This document shows, one piece after another, positions 23,939-28,745 of a DNA stretch of 28,745 nucleotides. Both the position numbers and the translations under genes were made by a program. Within the stretch, counting starts at the first letter, position 1; the number at the start of each line of letters is the position of its first letter. The notes below the pieces were generated by a model. The model did no database searches. It was not told the origin of the DNA and saw only the letters and a list, made by a program, of their open reading frames with translations. This DNA comes from a virus (lineage: Duplodnaviria; Caudoviricetes): IMG/VR virus record IMGVR_UViG_3300010371_000094, positions 1 to 28,745 of that record. The stretch is one strand, 5' to 3'.

Positions 23939-25924
23939 ATGTCTGTTTTCGTAACGCCGGCTATTCCTGCGGCGCAGCTTGTCAATGTTGTTCCCTCGGT
24001 TCTATCGGCCGGCGGTAACGGGCTTGACCTTATCGGGCTTATTCTGACGCAGAATGATGCTATTCCGGTCGGTGAAGTTCTTCAGTTCGCTGATGCGACT
24101 GATGTAGGGGCAACCTTCGGTCCGACGAGCAACCTGGCCGGGTTAGCAACGGTTTATTTTAACGGGCCGAACAATGCGACCCGCCTGCCCGGGTCGCTGC
24201 TCATTGCCCGCTACCCGGAGCAGGCTACCGCCGGCTACTTGATGTCAGGCAGTCTGGCAAGCACTACGCTTGCGGCGCTTCAGGCAGTAAACAGCACCCT
24301 GAATTTGACTATCGATGGTACACCGGTTTCACATACGTTAAACCTGACGACCGCCACCAGCTTCTCGAACGCTGCATTGCTCATCGCTAGTGCATTTAGC
24401 ATTAAAGGTGTGCAAAAGGCGACCGTTACCGCAGCGCTGTCCGGTACTACACTGACGGTTGATGCCGTTGTAAACGGCCCGGCGCAATGCGAGTTTACCG
24501 CTTCGCTTTCCGGTACGGTTATGACTGTTACCGCGGTGGCCGGCGGTTCGCTTGCGATAGGGCAAGTGGTGATCGGTACCGGTATCACCGCCGGTACGAC
24601 GATCAGCTCGTTCGGTTCCGGCCTCGGCGGCACCGGCACCTACAACCTTTCTTCAGCGGCAACGACGGAAGCCGCCGAATCGATCGTCGCGTACAACCCG
24701 GTAGCAAACCTTCAGATCGGCGATGTTATCACCGGTACCGGGATCAGCGGCTTTACCTACATCAGCGCCCTCGGTACCGGTACCGGCGGGATCGGTACCT
24801 ACACGGTTTCGGCGGCGATGACCACCGAATCCGATGAAACGGTTGCGGTGTTTGCCGCTGCGGTCACATACAACGCGGTGCAGCAAAAGTTTATCATCGC
24901 TTCCGGTACGACCGGGGTGAACAGCTCGGTTAGTTTCGGTACCGGGGCCGCGGCTACCCCGCTGTTGCTGACGCAGGCGCTCGGCGCGGTGCAATCCCCC
25001 GGCGCCGCCGCTGCGACGCCCGGGGCATTTATGCCGACAATCACGGCTATCACGCAAAACTGGGCCGAGTTCATGACCGACTGGGAGCCGGTCGAACCTG
25101 ATAAGGAAGCCTTTGAGGACTGGGTTAACGGGACCCGAAATCGATATGCCTATATCATGTGGGACACGAATGTCCTGAATACCGGCGCAAACGGTCCTTC
25201 CGCCGCGGTTGGCCACCTTACGGCGACCCAATCTTCCGGCACCGTCCCGGTGTACCAGAACCCGGCTATCACCACCCTGGGTGGTGAAAAGGCCGCGTTT
25301 GTTATGGGCTTTATCGCCTCGCTTGATTTCAGCCGGTTCAACGGGCGCGCTACCGCGGCCTACAAGTGGCAGTCGGGTTTGGCGACCGATATTACCAACG
25401 GTACGCAGGCGATCAACCTGTGCGGCGACCCGGCTTCCGATTCGTTTGGGTACGGGGTCAACTTTGGCGGCGATTACACTACCGCGAACCAGGCGTTTTT
25501 CGGGTTGCAGCGCGGCGTAATCAGCGGCACGTTCAAATGGCTCGACAGCTACGTCAACCAGATATGGTTGTCGAATGCTTTGCAGGTTGCCATCATGAAC
25601 GGGTTGTTTAACGTCAACTCACTGCCCTACAACCAGGATGGTTACAACCAGCTTGCATCGTGGTGCCTTGACCCGATTCAAGCGGCACTGAACTTTGGCG
25701 CTATTCGTGTCGGTGTGCCGTTATCGAATGCGCAGGCCGCGGCGGTGAACGCTGCCGCCGGGGTGCAGATTGACCAAATCCTCACGCAGCAAGGTTACTA
25801 CCTCCAGGTGAAACCGGCGACTTCGCAAGCGCGGGTCGGCCGCACGTCACCGCCGGCTACGTTGTGGTACTGCGACGGCGGCTCAATCCAAAACGTGAAC
25901 CTCGCGTCGATCCAAATCCAGTAA
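23939..25924 (+). CDS. Contractile tail sheath protein, DUF3383-type (661 aa)
   Basis: GAGGAG RBS; AIPAAQLVNVVPSVLSAGG, TQNWAEF, ASLDFSRFNGR, GTFKWLDSYVNQIWL, LWYCDGGSIQ. Confidence 0.93.
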   Translation: MSVFVTPAIPAAQLVNVVPSVLSAGGNGLDLIGLILTQNDAIPVGEVLQFADATDVGATFGPTSNLAGLATVYFNGPNNATRLPGSLLIARYPEQATAGYLMSGSLASTTLAALQAVNSTLNLTIDGTPVSHTLNLTTATSFSNAALLIASAFSIKGVQKATVTAALSGTTLTVDAVVNGPAQCEFTASLSGTVMTVTAVAGGSLAIGQVVIGTGITAGTTISSFGSGLGGTGTYNLSSAATTEAAESIVAYNPVANLQIGDVITGTGISGFTYISALGTGTGGIGTYTVSAAMTTESDETVAVFAAAVTYNAVQQKFIIASGTTGVNSSVSFGTGAAATPLLLTQALGAVQSPGAAAATPGAFMPTITAITQNWAEFMTDWEPVEPDKEAFEDWVNGTRNRYAYIMWDTNVLNTGANGPSAAVGHLTATQSSGTVPVYQNPAITTLGGEKAAFVMGFIASLDFSRFNGRATAAYKWQSGLATDITNGTQAINLCGDPASDSFGYGVNFGGDYTTANQAFFGLQRGVISGTFKWLDSYVNQIWLSNALQVAIMNGLFNVNSLPYNQDGYNQLASWCLDPIQAALNFGAIRVGVPLSNAQAAAVNAAAGVQIDQILTQQGYYLQVKPATSQARVGRTSPPATLWYCDGGSIQNVNLASIQIQ

Positions 25925-25937
25925 GGAGACCGCTTCA

Positions 25938-26390
25938 ATGGCCTTCACCATTACTTCACTCAACGCGAGCTTCACGCTATCGGTTGATCTCCTTTATCCA
26001 AACGGGATCAACCTTTCCGAATTCGGCGTGGACGACGCGTTCACCACCGACCTTGTTGATGCAAATGAAACGCAGGTCGGCGTTGATGGTTTCGGGGTCG
26101 CCGGGCTTGTGCCGATGGCGCCCGGGATGACGATTCGGTTGCTGGCATCCAGCCTTTCGGTTCAGGTTTTCGAGAACTGGATCGGAGGACAGATACAGGC
26201 GCGCGATGTATTGTATGCCCGCGCGCTAATCACCCTACCATCGGTGGGTCGCAAGTATACGTGCTTTAAAGGTTCGTTGATGCGTGTCAGTACACTCGCC
26301 GATGCGCGCAAGGTGCTAGCGAACCGGGAATTCCATATCCAGTGGCTGCCGCAAGGATCGATCCCGGCGATAAGCCCCTCGCCGCTTTAG
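25938..26390 (+). CDS. Tail tube protein (DUF3277-like)
   Basis: AAGGAG RBS; TITSLNA, F..DDAF, ETQVGVDG, ITLPSVGRKYT; follows the sheath. Confidence 0.85.
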   Translation: MAFTITSLNASFTLSVDLLYPNGINLSEFGVDDAFTTDLVDANETQVGVDGFGVAGLVPMAPGMTIRLLASSLSVQVFENWIGGQIQARDVLYARALITLPSVGRKYTCFKGSLMRVSTLADARKVLANREFHIQWLPQGSIPAISPSPL

Positions 26391-26399
26391 CCTAACCTT

Positions 26400-26421
26400 G
26401 CTGCCGGGGTTCATCGGCAGC
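26400..26421 (+). terminator. Possible weak terminator/attenuating hairpin after the tube gene
   Basis: GCTGCCG-N8-CGGCAGC followed by GCTTTGT. Confidence 0.4.
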
Positions 26422-26449
26422 GCTTTGTCTCAAAGGGTCCACCCACCCA

Positions 26450-26998
26450 ATGCGTAAGACGAAGATACTCACGCTTCCCGGTGTACGGGACCCGGATACC
26501 CCGGGTATGCGTGACAACGGGAAGTCTTTTCTACTCACTGAGATGCCGGCGTTGCAGGCGGAAAAGTGGGCGAACCGCGTCTTCCTGGCAATCGCCCATT
26601 CCGGGCTCGATATCCCCCGCGAAATAGACCTTAACGGCGGCATGGCTGAGCTTCACCAATTCGCCGTGCTGGTAGCGCATATGCGGTTTCCGGACCTTGA
26701 AGCACTGATGGACGAATTGCTGACGTGCATTCGGTTTGTAGGCGACCCGCATCGTGCCGATATCAACCGGGCATTGATCTTTGATGGTGTCAATGATGAT
26801 ATCGAGGACTTCCCGACCCTCAACACCTTGCGGCAAGAGGTGTTGAACCTTCACCTAAATTTTTCGTTGGCCGCCAAGATCCTGACATTGATTGCGGTGG
26901 CTTCGACGATAACGGATTTCAGCCCCGAGCTTACCGAAACATCCCCCGCACCATCGCGGCGGTCATCACGGCGAAGTTCGCGTCGCTCGAAGAGCTGA
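26450..26998 (+). CDS. Tail assembly chaperone (gpG-like)
   Basis: RDNGKSFLLTEMPALQAEKWA...LMDELLTC...DDIED..TL..LRQEVLNLH; between tube and tape measure. Confidence 0.85.
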   Translation: MRKTKILTLPGVRDPDTPGMRDNGKSFLLTEMPALQAEKWANRVFLAIAHSGLDIPREIDLNGGMAELHQFAVLVAHMRFPDLEALMDELLTCIRFVGDPHRADINRALIFDGVNDDIEDFPTLNTLRQEVLNLHLNFSLAAKILTLIAVASTITDFSPELTETSPAPSRRSSRRSSRRSKS

Positions 26999-27096
26999 AT
27001 ACGATATACGGTACGGAAGACCTTTATGATCTTCTTGAAATAGCCGCGGTGAACTCGGTCAACCAGTATCTGTCAACAAAGGTGGAAAACTCCTAG
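26857..27096 (+). CDS. -1 frameshift extension of the tail chaperone (gpGT-like; not in ORF track)
   Basis: Slippery A AAT TTT at 26857-26863; -1 frame open to TAG 27094-27096, ending YRNIPRTIAAVITAKFASLEELNTIYGTEDLYDLLEIAAVNSVNQYLSTKVENS. Confidence 0.75.
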   Translation, partial: KFFVGRQDPDIDCGGFDDNGFQPRAYRNIPRTIAAVITAKFASLEELNTIYGTEDLYDLLEIAAVNSVNQYLSTKVENS

Positions 27097-28745
27097 TGCC
27101 TACGATGATTGATGAACTGGTGATGCGTTTCAGCATCGATACCTCGAACCTCGATAAGGGGCAGAAAAAGGTATTAGACAACCTCCATAAACTTGAGGAA
27201 GGGGCAAAGAAATCATCGGGTAGCGTCAAGGCTACCGGCGCCGGTATCGTTTCGTTTTTTCGTTCCCTCGAGCACCCACTTGCATCGTTGCGCGGGCATT
27301 TCGAGAACCTTGTTCAAGTCAGTACGGAAAAACCAAAACGCCACCTTGCAGACCTTTCAAGCCAGGCGCGCCGTACCGGGCAGGGTGTCGCCGCCGGGGC
27401 GCTTGAAGGCGCCGCCGGGTTGCGGGTTCTCGGTATTGCCGGGCTTGCCGCTACTGTTGCTATTGCCGGTTTAAAAAAGGTGATGGACTCAACGCATGAA
27501 ACCATGCGAGGGGTTTTCAACACCGGGGTCGGCGCTGCTACGGCCGGAATGAATATCCGCGATGTGACTGCTATTTCCCTCGCGTTGAATAAACTTAACG
27601 ATGCATCGCAGGAAGACACCGTTAGGTGGCTTGGTGAAATTACGCAGATGCAAAACCGGGCGCGGCAGGGGTTAGGGCTCGATACGGCAAAGGCTACCGG
27701 GCTGTATATCGCGTCGCACGGCACCATCAATCCGATGGCTGATACTCCCCAGCAAATGCTCGAGAAGATCGCTGTTCACCTTCAATCGTTAAAAAACGAT
27801 AGTGAGGCTATCACCGCGGGCGGCGCGGCGGGTTTGTCCGATAAGCAGTCTCTAGCCTTGCGCCATGCCGGTGCAAACCTGCCAAAGATCATCGCCGATA
27901 TTTCGCATACCCTCACAGATGCGGATTTGAAAAAGGCTACTGATCTGGTTGAAGCACAGAATAAGATGAACCAGGCGTGGAGTAGGTTGTGGACTACTAT
28001 AGCGGCGGATCTAACCCCGGCAGTTATCAAGCTGGATGAGCTTCTTACTCGCATCGCTGATGCGATAAACCTGCTCGTCGGCGGCAAGGGTACGTATAAT
28101 GAGAAGATGCGCGCCTACGGGGCGATCCCGGGCACGGTCGAATGGTTCCGCGAAAAAATCCTGCCGTCATGGCTAGGCGGGCGCAGCCCTCCCGGCGGTG
28201 CGCCCGGGACTGCCGGAGGCGGTGCCGGGACTGCGCCCGCCCCGAGTTCCGCGCCGATAGGGCCGAAGACAAACCTCGACCCGCGTGGGATGGAACCGAC
28301 GATCCGCGCTGCCGCTATCGCCGAAGGTTTGAACCCCGATGACGTAATGGCGGTTGCCCGCGCCGAAGGCCTCGGCGTCGCCGGATACGGCAACATGGAC
28401 AGCGGTGCGATGTCCTACGGCGCCATGCAGATGCACATCGGCGGCCTGGCTACCGAGTACCAGAAAGCGACCGGCAAGGACCCGGCCGACCCGAAGAATG
28501 AGCAGGACCTTATTCGCTGGGGTATTCACTACGCCCGAGTACACGGCTGGGGTCCGTGGACCTCGGTTACCGGCGGCAAGGTTCGCACCCCACGCGTTAC
28601 CGGCCCTTCAACCGCCGCCGCCGCACCAAGCGGCCCGACACCAAGCACCACAGACAAAGCCGCGGTACCCGGTATGGGCGGCCCGGTTATCATTCCGCCT
28701 GGTGCTTCCTCGGCTGAGGCTACGGCTATCGTGCAGCGCGGCGTA
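27096..28745 (+). CDS. Tape measure protein with lytic transglycosylase-like domain (3'-partial; not in ORF track)
   Basis: GTG overlapping TAG; MPTMIDELVMRFSIDTSNLDKGQKK; frame runs off the window; at ~28290-28565 IRAAAIAEGLNPDDVMAVARAEG...SYGAMQM...GWGPW. Confidence 0.88.
   Translation, partial: MPTMIDELVMRFSIDTSNLDKGQKKVLDNLHKLEEGAKKSSGSVKATGAGIVSFFRSLEHPLASLRGHFENLVQVSTEKPKRHLADLSSQARRTGQGVAAGALEGAAGLRVLGIAGLAATVAIAGLKKVMDSTHETMRGVFNTGVGAATAGMNIRDVTAISLALNKLNDASQEDTVRWLGEITQMQNRARQGLGLDTAKATGLYIASHGTINPMADTPQQMLEKIAVHLQSLKNDSEAITAGGAAGLSDKQSLALRHAGANLPKIIADISHTLTDADLKKATDLVEAQNKMNQAWSRLWTTIAADLTPAVIKLDELLTRIADAINLLVGGKGTYNEKMRAYGAIPGTVEWFREKILPSWLGGRSPPGGAPGTAGGGAGTAPAPSSAPIGPKTNLDPRGMEPTIRAAAIAEGLNPDDVMAVARAEGLGVAGYGNMDSGAMSYGAMQMHIGGLATEYQKATGKDPADPKNEQDLIRWGIHYARVHGWGPWTSVTGGKVRTPRVTGPSTAAAAPSGPTPSTTDKAAVPGMGGPVIIPPGASSAEATAIVQRGV

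Noticed and set aside
23370-24960. Excess of GGTACC and ACCGGT palindromes
   Set aside because: Explained by Gly-Thr and Thr-Gly codon pairs in the beta modules; not tested statistically.
1-28745. TAG stop-codon reassignment (many genes end in TAG)
   Set aside because: Conserved genes are intact under the standard code and TAG falls at natural C-termini (MCP IASMIGI, MuF, tube).

Overview
The whole window is the virion-morphogenesis module of a tailed phage or prophage with a contractile tail. Order on the + strand: PBSX-type terminase large subunit (5'-truncated), DUF1073-type portal, DUF2213-type prohead protease/scaffold, head decoration protein, DUF2184-type major capsid protein, DUF4054 adaptor, extra structural genes, MuF/gp7, neck proteins, DUF3383 sheath, DUF3277-type tube, tail chaperone with a -1 frameshift extension, and a tape measure protein with a lytic-transglycosylase-like domain (3'-truncated). 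The head genes are unusual. The portal carries a ~900-aa C-terminal payload (two AEFExxHPRxxxGKF motifs, degenerate repeats, a PI3/4-kinase/HipA-like domain and an R-S-E ADP-ribosyltransferase) and is followed by a coupled small acidic ORF. The protease is a polyprotein with Cys-rich, HiPIP-like and Nudix modules. Small-x-Asp motifs (mostly A-x-D) sit at the module borders of portal, protease/scaffold and capsid, suggesting a protease-released, virion-delivered enzyme arsenal (inference). An antisense island of small genes with its own promoter, operator-like repeat and a repeated leader interrupts the head operon, and structured intergenic RNAs flank the capsid gene. All family names come from motif recognition by eye; no searches were run. 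Host is not determined (Alphaproteobacteria is a weak guess).
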